Assembly (NCBI GenBank): GCA_964016885.1 | Contig: OZ024745.1 | Location: forward strand, 4,340,001 to 4,404,000 | Reading direction: 5' to 3' | From: Eledone cirrhosa | Taxonomy: Eukaryota | DNA length: 64,000 nt | Shown here: positions 43,001-58,000 of the stretch, piece by piece | Numbering within the stretch: position 1 is the first letter of the stretch | Layout: every line of letters begins with the position of its first letter | The notes under the pieces: generated by a model | Database searches by the model: none | What the model was told of the DNA's origin: nothing | What the model saw: only the letters and a program-made list of their open reading frames with translations | Translations under genes and position numbers: made by a program

Positions 43001-46000
43001 TACAGTAATGGAATAAGGTTATATTGGAAGTACAGTAATGGAATAAGGTTATATTGGAAGTACAGTAATGGAATAAGGTCATATTGGAAGTACAGTAATG
43101 GAATAAGGTTATATTGGAAGTACAGTAATGGAATAAGGTTATATTGGAAGTATAGTAATGGAATAAAGTATATTGGAAGTACAGTAATGGAATAAGGTTA
43201 TATTGGAAGTACAGTAATGGAATAAGGTTATATTGGAAGTACAGTAATGGAATAAGGTTATATTGGAAGTACAGTAATGGAATAAGGTTATATTGGAAGT
43301 ACAGTAATGGAATAAAGTATATTGGAAGTACAGTAATGGAATAAGGTTATATTGGAAGTACAGTAATGGAATAAGGTTATATTGGAAGTACAGTAATGGA
43401 ATAAGGTTATATTGGAAGTACAGTAATGGAATAAGGTTATATTGGAAGTACCGTAATGGAATAACGTTATATTGGAAGTATAGTAATGGAATAAGGTTAT
43501 ATTGGAAGTACAGTAATGGAATAAGGTTATATTGGAAGTACAGTAATGGAATAAGGTTATATTGGAAGTACAGTAATGGAATAAGGTTATATTGGAAGTA
43601 CAGTAATGGAATAAGGTTATATTGGAAGTACAGTAATGGAATAAGGTTATATTGGAAGTACAGTAATGGAATAAGGTTATATTGGAAGTACAGTAATGGA
43701 ATAAGGTTATATTGGAAGTATAGTAATGGAATAAGGTTATATTGGAAGTACAGTAATGGAATAAGGTTATATTGGAAGTACAGTAATGGAATAAGGTTAT
43801 ATTGGAAGTACCGTAATTGAATAAGGTTATATTGGGAGTACAGTAATGGAATAAGGTTATATTGGAAGTACAGTAATGGAATAAGGTTATATTGGGAGTA
43901 CAGTAATGGAATATGGTTCGATTGGAAGTACAGTAATGGAGTAAGGTTATATTGGAAGTACAGTAATGGAATAAGGTTATATTGGAAGTACAGTAATGGA
44001 ATAAAGTATATTGGAAGTACAGTAATGGAATAAGGTTATATTGGAAGTACAGTAATGGAATAAGGTTATATTGGAAGTACCGTAATGGAATAACGTTATA
44101 TTGGAAGTATAGTAATGGAATAAGGTTATATTGGAAGTACAGTAATGGAATAAGGTTATATTGGAAGTACAGTAATGGAATAAGGTTATATTGGAAGTAC
44201 AGTAATGGAATAAGGTTATATTGGAAGTACAGTAATGGAATAAGGTTATATTGGAAGTACAGTAATGGAATAAGGTTATATTGGAAGTACAGTAATGGAA
44301 TAAGGTTATATTGGAAGTATAGTAATGGAATAAGGTTATATTGGAAGTACAGTAATGGAATAAGGTTATATTGGAAGTACAGTAATGGAATAAGGTTATA
44401 TTGGAAGTACCGTAATGGAATAAGGTTATATTGGGAGTGCAGTAATGGAATAAGGTTATATTGGAAGTACAGTAATGGAATAAGGTTATATTGGGAGTAC
44501 AGTAATGGAATATGGTTATATTGGAAGTACAGTAATGGAGTAAGGTTATATTGGAAGTACAGTAATGGAATAAGGTTATATTGGAAGTACAGTAATGGAA
44601 TAAAGTATATTGGAAGTACAGTAATGGAATAAGGTTATATTGGAAGTATAGCAATGGAATAAGGTTATATTGGGAGTACAGTAATGGAATAAGGTTATAT
44701 TGGAAGTACAGTAATGGAATAAGGGTATATTGGGAGTACAGTAATGGAATAAAGTATATTGGAAGTACAGTAATGGAATAAGGTTATATTGGAAGTATAG
44801 CAATGGAATAAGGTTATATTGGGAGTACAGTAATGGAATAAAGTATATTGGAAGTACAGTAATGGAATAAGGTTATATTGGGAGTACAGTAATGGAATAA
44901 AGTATATTGGAAGTACAGTAATGGAATAAGGTTATATTGGGAGTACAGTAATGGAATAAAGTATATTGGAAGTACAGTAATGGAATAAGGTTATATTGGA
45001 AGTACAGTAATGGAATAAGGTTATATTGGGAGTACAGTAATGGAATAAAGTATATTGGAAGTACAGTAATGGAATAAGGTTATATTGGGAGTACAGTAAT
45101 GGAATAAGGTTATATTGGAAGTACAGTAATGGAATAAAGTATATTGGAAGTACAGTAATGGGATAAGGTTATATTGGAAGTACAGTAATGGAATAAGGTT
45201 ATATTGGAAGTACAGTAATGGAATAAGGTTATATTGGGAGTACAGTAATGGAATAAAGTATATTGGAAGTACAGTAATGGAATAAGGTTATATTGGGAGT
45301 ACAGTAATGGAATAAGGTTATATTGGAAGTACAGTAATGGAATAAAGTATATTGGAAGTAGAGTAATGGAATAAGGTTATATTGGAAGTACAGTAATGGA
45401 ATAAGGTTATATTGGAAGTACAGTAATGGAATAAAGTATATTGGAAGTACAGTAATGGAATAAGGTTATATTGGGGGTACAGTAATGGAATAAGGTTATA
45501 TTGGAAGTACAGTAATGGAATATGGTTATATTGGGAGTACAGTAATGGAATAAGGTTATATTGGAAGTACAGTAATGGAATAAGGTTATATTGGGAGTTC
45601 AGTAATGGAATAAGGTTATATTGGGAGTACAGTAATGGAATAAGGTTATATTGGAAGTACAGTAATGGAATAAGGTTATATTGGGAGTACAGTAATGGAA
45701 TAAGGTTATATTGGAAGTACAGTAATGGAATAAAGTATATTGGAATTACCGTAATGGAATAAGGTTATATTGGAAGTACAGTAATGGAATAAGGTTATAT
45801 TGGGAGTACAGTAATGGAATAAGGTTATATTGGAAGTACAGTAATGGAATAAAGTATATTGGAAGTACCGTAATGGAATAAGGTTATATTGGAAGTACAG
45901 TAATGGAATATGGTTATATTGGGAGTACAGTAATGGAATAAGGTTATATTGGAAGTACAGTAATGGAATAAGGTTATATTGGGAGTACAGTAATGGAATA

Positions 46001-49000
46001 AGGTTATATTGGGAGTACAGTAATGGAATAAGGTTATATTGGAAGTACAGCAATGGAATAAACTATATTGGAAGTACCGTAATGGAATAAGGTTATATTG
46101 GGAGTACGGTAATGGAATAAGGTTATATTGGGAGTACAGTAATGGAATAAGGTTATATTGGAAGTACAGTAATGGAATAAGGTTATATTGGAAGTACAGT
46201 AATGGAATAAGGTCATATTGGAAGTACAGTAATGGAATAAGGTTATATTGGAAGTACAGTAATGGAATAAGGTTATATTGGAAGTATAGTAATGGAATAA
46301 AGTATATTGGAAGTACAGTAATGGAATAAGGTTATATTGGAAGTACAGTAATGGAATAAGGTTATATTGGAAGTACAGTAATGGAATAAGGTTATATTGG
46401 AAGTACAGTAATGGAATAAGGTTATATTGGAAGTACAGTAATGGAATAAGGTTATATTGGAAGTACAGTAATGGAATAAAGTATATTGGAAGTACAGTAA
46501 TGGAATAAGGTTATATTGGAAGTACAGTAATGGAATAAGGTTATATTGGAAGTACAGTAATGGAATAAGGTTATATTGGAAGTACAGTAATGGAATAAGG
46601 TTATATTGGAAGTACCGTAATGGAATAACGTTATATTGGAAGTATAGTAATGGAATAAGGTTATATTGGAAGTACAGTAATGGAATAAGGTTATATTGGA
46701 AGTACAGTAATGGAATAAGGTTATATTGGAAGTACAGTAATGGAATAAGGTTATATTGGAAGTACAGTAATGGAATAAGGTTATATTGGAAGTACAGTAA
46801 TGGAATAAGGTTATATTGGAAGTACAGTAATGGAATAAGGTTATATTGGAAGTACAGTAATGGAATAAGGTTATATTGGAAGTATAGTAATGGAATAAGG
46901 TTATATTGGAAGTACAGTAATGGAATAAGGTTATATTGGAAGTACAGTAATGGAATAAGGTTATATTGGAAGTACCGTAATTGAATAAGGTTATATTGGG
47001 AGTACAGTAATGGAATAAGGTTATATTGGAAGTACAGTAATGGAATAAGGTTATATTGGGAGTACAGTAATGGAATATGGTTCGATTGGAAGTACAGTAA
47101 TGGAGTAAGGTTATATTGGAAGTACAGTAATGGAATAAGGTTATATTGGAAGTACAGTAATGGAATAAAGTATATTGGAAGTACAGTAATGGAATAAGGT
47201 TATATTGGAAGTACAGTAATGGAATAAGGTTATATTGGAAGTACCGTAATGGAATAACGTTATATTGGAAGTATAGTAATGGAATAAGGTTATATTGGAA
47301 GTACAGTAATGGAATAAGGTTATATTGGAAGTACAGTAATGGAATAAGGTTATATTGGAAGTACAGTAATGGAATAAGGTTATATTGGAAGTACAGTAAT
47401 GGAATAAGGTTATATTGGAAGTACAGTAATGGAATAAGGTTATATTGGAAGTACAGTAATGGAATAAGGTTATATTGGAAGTATAGTAATGGAATAAGGT
47501 TATATTGGAAGTACAGTAATGGAATAAGGTTATATTGGAAGTACAGTAATGGAATAAGGTTATATTGGAAGTACCGTAATGGAATAAGGTTATATTGGGA
47601 GTGCAGTAATGGAATAAGGTTATATTGGAAGTACAGTAATGGAATAAGGTTATATTGGGAGTACAGTAATGGAATATGGTTATATTGGAAGTACAGTAAT
47701 GGAGTAAGGTTATATTGGAAGTACAGTAATGGAATAAGGTTATATTGGAAGTACAGTAATGGAATAAAGTATATTGGAAGTACAGTAATGGAATAAGGTT
47801 ATATTGGAAGTATAGCAATGGAATAAGGTTATATTGGGAGTACAGTAATGGAATAAGGTTATATTGGAAGTACAGTAATGGAATAAGGGTATATTGGGAG
47901 TACAGTAATGGAATAAAGTATATTGGAAGTACAGTAATGGAATAAGGTTATATTGGAAGTATAGCAATGGAATAAGGTTATATTGGGAGTACAGTAATGG
48001 AATAAAGTATATTGGAAGTACAGTAATGGAATAAGGTTATATTGGGAGTACAGTAATGGAATAAAGTATATTGGAAGTACAGTAATGGAATAAGGTTATA
48101 TTGGGAGTACAGTAATGGAATAAAGTATATTGGAAGTACAGTAATGGAATAAGGTTATATTGGAAGTACAGTAATGGAATAAGGTTATATTGGGAGTACA
48201 GTAATGGAATAAAGTATATTGGAAGTACAGTAATGGAATAAGGTTATATTGGGAGTACAGTAATGGAATAAGGTTATATTGGAAGTACAGTAATGGAATA
48301 AAGTATATTGGAAGTACAGTAATGGGATAAGGTTATATTGGAAGTACAGTAATGGAATAAGGTTATATTGGAAGTACAGTAATGGAATAAGGTTATATTG
48401 GGAGTACAGTAATGGAATAAAGTATATTGGAAGTACAGTAATGGAATAAGGTTATATTGGGAGTACAGTAATGGAATAAGGTTATATTGGAAGTACAGTA
48501 ATGGAATAAAGTATATTGGAAGTAGAGTAATGGAATAAGGTTATATTGGAAGTACAGTAATGGAATAAGGTTATATTGGAAGTACAGTAATGGAATAAAG
48601 TATATTGGAAGTACAGTAATGGAATAAGGTTATATTGGGGGTACAGTAATGGAATAAGGTTATATTGGAAGTACAGTAATGGAATATGGTTATATTGGGA
48701 GTACAGTAATGGAATAAGGTTATATTGGAAGTACAGTAATGGAATAAGGTTATATTGGGAGTACAGTAATGGAATAAGGTTATATTGGGAGTACAGTAAT
48801 GGAATAAGGTTATATTGGAAGTACAGTAATGGAATAAGGTTATATTGGGAGTACAGTAATGGAATAAGGTTATATTGGAAGTACAGTAATGGAATAAAGT
48901 ATATTGGAATTACCGTAATGGAATAAGGTTATATTGGAAGTACAGTAATGGAATAAGGTTATATTGGGAGTACAGTAATGGAATAAGGTTATATTGGAAG

Positions 49001-52000
49001 TACAGTAATGGAATAAAGTATATTGGAAGTACCGTAATGGAATAAGGTTATATTGGAAGTACAGTAATGGAATATGGTTATATTGGGAGTACAGTAATGG
49101 AATAAGGTTATATTGGAAGTACAGTAATGGAATAAGGTTATATTGGGAGTACAGTAATGGAATAAGGTTATATTGGGAGTACAGTAATGGAATAAGGTTA
49201 TATTGGAAGTACAGCAATGGAATAAACTATATTGGAAGTACCGTAATGGAATAAGGTTATATTGGGAGTACGGTAATGGAATAAGGTTATATTGGGAGTA
49301 CAGTAATGGAATAAGGTTATATTGGAAGTACAGCAATGGAATAAACTATATTGGAAGTACCGTAATGGAATAAGTTTATATTTGAAGTACCGTAATGGAA
49401 TAAGGTTATAATTGTAGTACCGTAATGGAATAAGGTTATATTGGGGGTAGTGTAATGGAATAAGGTTATATTGGAAGTACAGTAATGGAATAAAGTATAT
49501 TGGAAGTACTGTAATGGAATAAGGTTATATTGGAAGTACAGTAATGGAATAAGGTTATATTGGAAGTACAGTAATGGAATAAGGTATATTGGAAGTACTG
49601 TAATGGAATAAGGTTATATTGGAAGTACAGTAATGGAATAAGGTTATATTGGAAGTACAGTAATGGAATAAGGTTATATTGGAAGTACAGTAATGGAATA
49701 AGGTTATATTTGAAGTACCGTAATGGAATAAGGTTATATTGGAAGTATAGCAATGGAATAAGGTTATATTGGAAGTACCGTAATGGAATAAGGTTATATT
49801 GGAAGTACAGTAATGGAATAAGCTTATATTTGAAGTACCGTAATGGAATAAGGTTATATTGGAATAAGGTTATATTGGAAGTACCGTAATGGAATAAGGT
49901 TATATTGGAAGTACAGTAATGGAATATGGTTATATTGGGAGTACAGTAATGGAATAAGGTTATATTGGAAGTACAGTAATGGAATAAGGTTATATTGGAA
50001 GTACAGTAATGGAATATGGTTATATTGGGAGTACAGTAATGGAATAAGGTTATATTGGAAGTACAGTAATGGAATAAGGTTATATTGGAAGTATAGCAAT
50101 GGAATAAACTATATTGGAAGTACCGTAATGGAATAAAGTATATTGGAAGTACAGTAATGGAATAAGGTTATATTGGAAGTACAGTAATGGAATAAGGTTA
50201 TATTGGAAGTACAGTAATGGAATATGGTTATATTGGAAGTACAGTAATGGAATAAGGTTATATTGGAAGTACAGTAATGGAATAAGGTTATATTGGAAGT
50301 ACAGTAATGGAATATGGTTATATTGGGAGTACCGTAATGGAATAAGGTTATATTTGAAGTACCGTAATGGAATAAAGTATATTGGAAGTACCGTAATGGA
50401 ATAAGGTTATATTGGAAGTATAGCAATGGAATAAACTATATTTGAAGTACCGTAATGGAATAAAATATATTGGAAGTACCGTAATGGAATAAGGTTATAT
50501 TGGAAGTATAGCAATGGAATAAAGTATATTGGAAGTACCGTAATGGAATAAGGTTATATTGGAAGTACAGTAATGGAATAAAGTATATTGGAAGTACAGT
50601 AATGGAATAAGGTTATATTGGGAGTACAGTAATGGAATAAGGTTATATTGGAAGTACAGTAATGGAATAAAGTATATTGGAAGTAGAGTAATGGAATAAG
50701 GTTATATTGGAAGTACAGTAATGGAATAAGGTTATATTGGAAGTACAGTAATGGAATAAAGTATATTGGAAGTACAGTAATGGAATAAGGTTATATTGGG
50801 GGTACAGTAATGGAATAAGGTTATATTGGAAGTACAGTAATGGAATATGGTTATATTGGGAGTACAGTAATGGAATAAGGTTATATTGGAAGTACAGTAA
50901 TGGAATAAGGTTATATTGGGAGTACAGTAATGGAATAAGGTTATATTGGGAGTACAGTAATGGAATAAGGTTATATTGGAAGTACAGTAATGGAATAAGG
51001 TTATATTGGGAGTACAGTAATGGAATAAGGTTATATTGGAAGTACAGTAATGGAATAAAGTATATTGGAATTACCGTAATGGAATAAGGTTATATTGGAA
51101 GTACAGTAATGGAATAAGGTTATATTGGGAGTACAGTAATGGAATAAGGTTATATTGGAAGTACAGTAATGGAATAAAGTATATTGGAAGTACCGTAATG
51201 GAATAAGGTTATATTGGAAGTACAGTAATGGAATATGGTTATATTGGGAGTACAGTAATGGAATAAGGTTATATTGGAAGTACAGTAATGGAATAAGGTT
51301 ATATTGGGAGTACAGTAATGGAATAAGGTTATATTGGGAGTACAGTAATGGAATAAGGTTATATTGGAAGTACAGCAATGGAATAAACTATATTGGAAGT
51401 ACCGTAATGGAATAAGGTTATATTGGGAGTACGGTAATGGAATAAGGTTATATTGGGAGTACAGTAATGGAATAAGGTTATATTGGAAGTACAGCAATGG
51501 AATAAACTATATTGGAAGTACCGTAATGGAATAAGGTTATATTTGAAGTACCGTAATGGAATAAGGTTATAATTGTAGTACCGTAATGGAATAAGGTTAT
51601 ATTGGGGGTAGTGTAATGGAATAAGGTTATATTGGAAGTACAGTAATGGAATAAAGTATATTGGAAGTACTGTAATGGAATAAGGTTATATTGGAAGTAC
51701 AGTAATGGAATAAGGTTATATTGGAAGTACAGTAATGGAATAAGGTATATTGGAAGTACTGTAATGGAATAAGGTTATATTGGAAGTACAGTAATGGAAT
51801 AAGGTTATATTGGAAGTACAGTAATGGAATAAGGTTATATTGGAAGTACAGTAATGGAATAAGGTTATATTTGAAGTACCGTAATGGAATAAGGTTATAT
51901 TGGAAGTATAGCAATGGAATAAGGTTATATTGGAAGTACCGTAATGGAATAAGGTTATATTGGAAGTACAGTAATGGAATAAGCTTATATTTGAAGTACT

Positions 52001-55000
52001 GTAATGGAATAAGGTTATATTGGAATAAGGTTATATTGGAAGTACCGTAATGGAATAAGGTTATATTGGAAGTACAGTAATGGAATATGGTTATATTGGG
52101 AGTACAGTAATGGAATAAGGTTATATTGGAAGTACAGTAATGGAATAAGGTTATATTGGAAGTACAGTAATGGAATATGGTTATATTGGGAGTACAGTAA
52201 TGGAATAAGGTTATATTGGAAGTACAGTAATGGAATAAGGTTATATTGGAAGTATAGCAATGGAATAAACTATATTGGAAGTACCGTAATGGAATAAAGT
52301 ATATTGGAAGTACAGTAATGGAATAAGGTTATATTGGAAGTACAGTAATGGAATAAGGTTATATTGGAAGTACAGTAATGGAATATGGTTATATTGGAAG
52401 TACAGTAATGGAATAAGGTTATATTGGAAGTACAGTAATGGAATAAGGTTATATTGGAAGTACAGTAATGGAATATGGTTATATTGGGAGTACCGTAATG
52501 GAATAAGGTTATATTTGAAGTACCGTAATGGAATAAAGTATATTGGAAGTACCGTAATGGAATAAGGTTATATTGGAAGTATAGCAATGGAATAAACTAT
52601 ATTTGAAGTACCGTAATGGAATAAAATATATTGGAAGTACCGTAATGGAATAAGGTTATATTGGAAGTATAGCAATGGAATAAAGTATATTGGAAGTACC
52701 GTAATGGAATAAGGTTATATTGGAAGTACAGTAATGGAATAAAGTATATTGGAAGTACAGTAATGGAATAAGGTTATATTGGGAGTACAGTAATGGAATA
52801 AGGTTATATTGGAAGTATAGCAATGGAATAAAGTATATTGGAAGTACAGTAATGGAATAAGGTTATATTGGGAGTACAGTAATGGAATAAGGTTATATTG
52901 GAAGTACAGTAATGGAATAAGGTTATATTGGAAGTATAGCAATGGAATAAAGTATATTGGAAGTACAGTAATGGAATAAGGTTATATTGGAAGTACAGTA
53001 ATGGAATAAAGTATATTGGAAGTACAGTAATGGAATAAGGTTATATTGGGAGTACAGTAATGGAATAAGGTTATATTGGAAGTACAGTAATGGAATAAGG
53101 TTATATTGGAAGTACAGTAATGGAATAAAGTATATTGGAAGTACAGTAATGGAATAAAGTATATTGGAAGTACAGTAATGGAATAAGGTTATATTGGGAG
53201 TACAGTAATGGAATAAGGTTATATTGGAAGTATAGCAATGGAATAAAGTATATTGGAAGTACCGTAATGGAATAAGGTTATATTGGAAGTACAGTAATGG
53301 AATAAGGTTATATTGGAAGTACAGTAATGGAATAAAGTATATTGGAAGTACCGTAATGGAATAAGGTTATATTGGAAGTACAGTAATGGAATAAGGTTAT
53401 ATTGGAAGTACAGTAATGGAATAAGGTTATATTGGAAGTACAGTAATGGAATAAAGTATATTGGAAGTACAGTAATGGAATAAGGTTATATTGGAAGTAC
53501 AGTAATGGAATAAGGTTATATTGGAAGTACAGTAATGGAATAAGGTCATATTGGAAGTACAGTAATGGAATAAGGTTATATTGGAAGTACAGTAATGGAA
53601 TAAGGTTATATTGGAAGTATAGTAATGGAATAAAGTATATTGGAAGTACAGTAATGGAATAAGGTTATATTGGAAGTACAGTAATGGAATAAGGTTATAT
53701 TGGAAGTACAGTTATGGAATAAGGTTATATTGGAAGTACAGTAATGGAATAAGGTTATATTGGAAGTACAGTAATGGAATAAAGTATATTGGAAGTACAG
53801 TAATGGAATAAGGTTATATTGGAAGTACAGTAATGGAATAAGGTTATATTGGAAGTAGAGTAATGGAATAAGGTTATATTGGAAGTACAGTAATGGAATA
53901 AGGTTATATTGGAAGTACCGTAATGGAATAACGTTATATTGGAAGTATAGTAATGGAATAAGGTTATATTGGAAGTACAGTAATGGAATAAGGTTATATT
54001 GGAAGTACAGTAATGGAATAAGGTTATATTGGAAGTACAGTAATGGAATAAGGTTATATTGGAAGTACAGTAATGGAATAAGGTTATATTGGAAGTACAG
54101 TAATGGAATAAGGTTATATTGGAAGTACAGTAATGGAATAAGGTTATATTGGAAGTACAGTAATGGAATAAGGTTATATTGGAAGTATAGTAATGGAATA
54201 AGGTTATATTGGAAGTACAGTAATGGAATAAGGTTATATTGGAAGTACAGTAATGGAATAAGGTTATATTGGAAGTACCGTAATTGAATAAGGTTATATT
54301 GGGAGTACAGTAATGGAATAAGGTTATATTGGAAGTACAGTAATGGAATAAGGTTATATTGGGAGTACAGTAATGGAATATGGTTCGATTGGAAGTACAG
54401 TAATGGAGTAAGGTTATATTGGAAGTACAGTAATGGAATAAGGTTATATTGGAAGTACAGTAATGGAACAAAGTATATTGGAAGTACAGTAATGGAATAA
54501 GGTTATATTGGAAGTACAGTAATGGAATAAGGTTATATTGGAAGTACCGTAATGGAATAACGTTATATTGGAAGTATAGTAATGGAATAAGGTTATATTG
54601 GAAGTACAGTAATGGAATAAGGTTATATTGGAAGTACAGTAATGGAATAAGGTTATATTGGAAGTACAGTAATGGAATAAGGTTATATTGGAAGTACAGT
54701 AATGGAATAAGGTTATATTGGAAGTACAGTAATGGAATAAGGTTATATTGGAAGTACAGTAATGGAATAAGGTTATATTGGAAGTATAGTAATGGAATAA
54801 GGTTATATTGGAAGTACAGTAATGGAATAAGGTTATATTGGAAGTACAGTAATGGAATAAGGTTATATTGGAAGTACCGTAATGGAATAAGGTTATATTG
54901 GGAGTGCAGTAATGGAATAAGGTTATATTGGAAGTACAGTAATGGAATAAGGTTATATTGGAAGTACAGTAATGGAATAAGGGTATATTGGGAGTACAGT

Positions 55001-58000
55001 AATGGAATAAAGTATATTGGAAGTACAGTAATGGAATAAGGTTATATTGGAAGTACAGTAATGGAGTAAGGTTATATTGGAAGTACAGTAATGGAATAAG
55101 GTTATATTGGAAGTACAGTAATGGAATAAAGTATATTGGAAGTACAGTAATGGAATAAGGTTATATTGGAAGTATAGCAATGGAATAAGGTTATATTGGG
55201 AGTACAGTAATGGAATAAGGTTATATTGGAAGTACAGTAATGGAATAAGGGTATATTGGGAGTACAGTAATGGAATAAAGTATATTGGAAGTACAGTAAT
55301 GGAATAAGGTTATATTGGGAGTACAGTAATGGAATAAGGTTATATTGGAAGTACAGTAATGGAATAAAGTATATTGGAAGTACAGTAATGGGATAAGGTT
55401 ATATTGGAAGTACAGTAATGGAATAAGGTTATATTGGAAGTACAGTAATGGAATAAGGTTATATTGGGAGTACAGTAATGGAATAAAGTATATTGGAAGT
55501 ACAGTAATGGAATAAGGTTATATTGGGAGTACAGTAATGGAATAAGGTTATATTGGAAGTACAGTAATGGAATAAAGTATATTGGAAGTAGAGTAATGGA
55601 ATAAGGTTATATTGGAAGTACAGTAATGGAATAAGGTTATATTGGAAGTACAGTAATGGAATAAAGTATATTGGAAGTACAGTAATGGAATAAGGTTATA
55701 TTGGGGGTACAGTAATGGAATAAGGTTATATTGGAAGTACAGTAATGGAATATGGTTATATTGGGAGTACAGTAATGGAATAAGGTTATATTGGAAGTAC
55801 AGTAATGGAATAAGGTTATATTGGGAGTACAGTAATGGAATAAGGTTATATTGGGAGTACAGTAATGGAATAAGGTTATATTGGAAGTACAGCAATGGAA
55901 TAAGGTTATATTGGAAGTACAGTAATGGAATAAAGTATATTGGAAGTACAGTAATGGAATAAGGTTACATTGGAAGTACCGTAATGGAATAAGGTTATAT
56001 TGGAAATACACTAATGGAATAAGGTTATATTGGAAGTACAGTAATGGAATAAGGTTATATTGGGAGTACAGTAATGGAATAAGGTTATATTGGAAGTACA
56101 GTAATGGAATAAGGTTATATTGGAAGTACAGTAATGGAATAAAGTATATTGGAAGTACAGTAATGGAATAAGGTTATATTTGAAGTACCATAATGGAATA
56201 AGGTTATATTGGAAGTACAGTAATGGAATAAGGTTATATTTGAAGTACCATAATGGAATAAGGTTATATTGGAAGTATAGCAATGGAATAAACTATATTG
56301 GAAGTACCGTAATGGAATAAGGTTATATTTGAAGTACCGTAATGGAATAAAGTATATTGGAAGTACCGTAATGGAATAAGGTTATATTGGAAGTATAGCA
56401 ATGGAATAAACTATATTTGAAGTACCGTAATGGAATAAAATATATTGGAAGTACCGTAATGGAATAAGGTTATATTGGAAGTATAGCAATGGAATAAAGT
56501 ATATTGGAAGTACCGTAATGGAATAAGGTTATATTGGAAGTACAGTAATGGAATAAAGTATATTGGAAGTACAGTAATGGAATAAGGTTATATTGGGAGT
56601 ACAGTAATGGAATAAGGTTATATTGGAAGTATAGCAATGGAATAAAGTATATTGGAAGTACAGTAATGGAATAAGGTTATATTGGAAGTACAGTAATGGA
56701 ATAAAGTATATTGGAAGTACAGTAATGGAATAAGGTTATATTGGGAGTACAGTAATGGAATAAGGTTATATTGGAAGTACAGTAATGGAATAAGGTTATA
56801 TTGGAAGTACAGTAATGGAATAAAGTATATTGGAAGTACAGTAATGGAATAAAGTATATTGGAAGTACAGTAATGGAATAAGGTTATATTGGGAGTACAG
56901 TAATGGAATAAGGTTATATTGGAAGTATAGCAATGGAATAAAGTATATTGGAAGTACCGTAATGGAATAAGGTTATATTGGAAGTACAGTAATGGAATAA
57001 GGTTATATTGGAAGTACAGTAATGGAATAAAGTATATTGGAAGTACCGTAATGGAATAAGGTTATATTGGAAGTACAGTAATGGAATAAGGTTATATTGG
57101 AAGTACAGTAATGGAATAAGGTTATATTGGAAGTACAGTAATGGAATAAAGTATATTGGAAGTACAGTAATGGAATAAGGTTATATTGGAAGTACAGTAA
57201 TGGAATAAGGTTATATTGGAAGTACAGTAATGGAATAAGGTCATATTGGAAGTACAGTAATGGAATAAGGTTATATTGGAAGTACAGTAATGGAATAAGG
57301 TTATATTGGAAGTATAGTAATGGAATAAAGTATATTGGAAGTACAGTAATGGAATAAGGTTATATTGGAAGTACAGTAATGGAATAAGGTTATATTGGAA
57401 GTACAGTAATGGAATAAGGTTATATTGGAAGTACAGTAATGGAATAAAGTATATTGGAAGTACAGTAATGGAATAAGGTTATATTGGAAGTACAGTAATG
57501 GAATAAGGTTATATTGGAAGTACAGTAATGGAATAAGGTTATATTGGAAGTACAGTAATGGAATAAGGTTATATTGGAAGTACCGTAATGGAATAACGTT
57601 ATATTGGAAGTATAGTAATGGAATAAGGTTATATTGGAAGTACAGTAATGGAATAAGGTTATATTGGAAGTACAGTAATGGAATAAGGTTATATTGGAAG
57701 TACAGTAATGGAATAAGGTTATATTGGAAGTACAGTAATGGAATAAGGTTATATTGGAAGTATAGTAATGGAATAAGGTTATATTGGAAGTATAGTAATG
57801 GAATAAGGTTATATTGGAAGTACAGTAATGGAATAAGGTTATATTGGAAGTACCGTAATGGAATAAGGTTATATTGGGAGTACAGTAATGGAATAAGGTT
57901 ATATTGGGAGTACAGTAATGGAATAAAGTATATTGGAAGTACAGTAATGGAATAAGGTTATATTGGGAGTACAGTAATGGAATAAAGTATATTGGAAGTA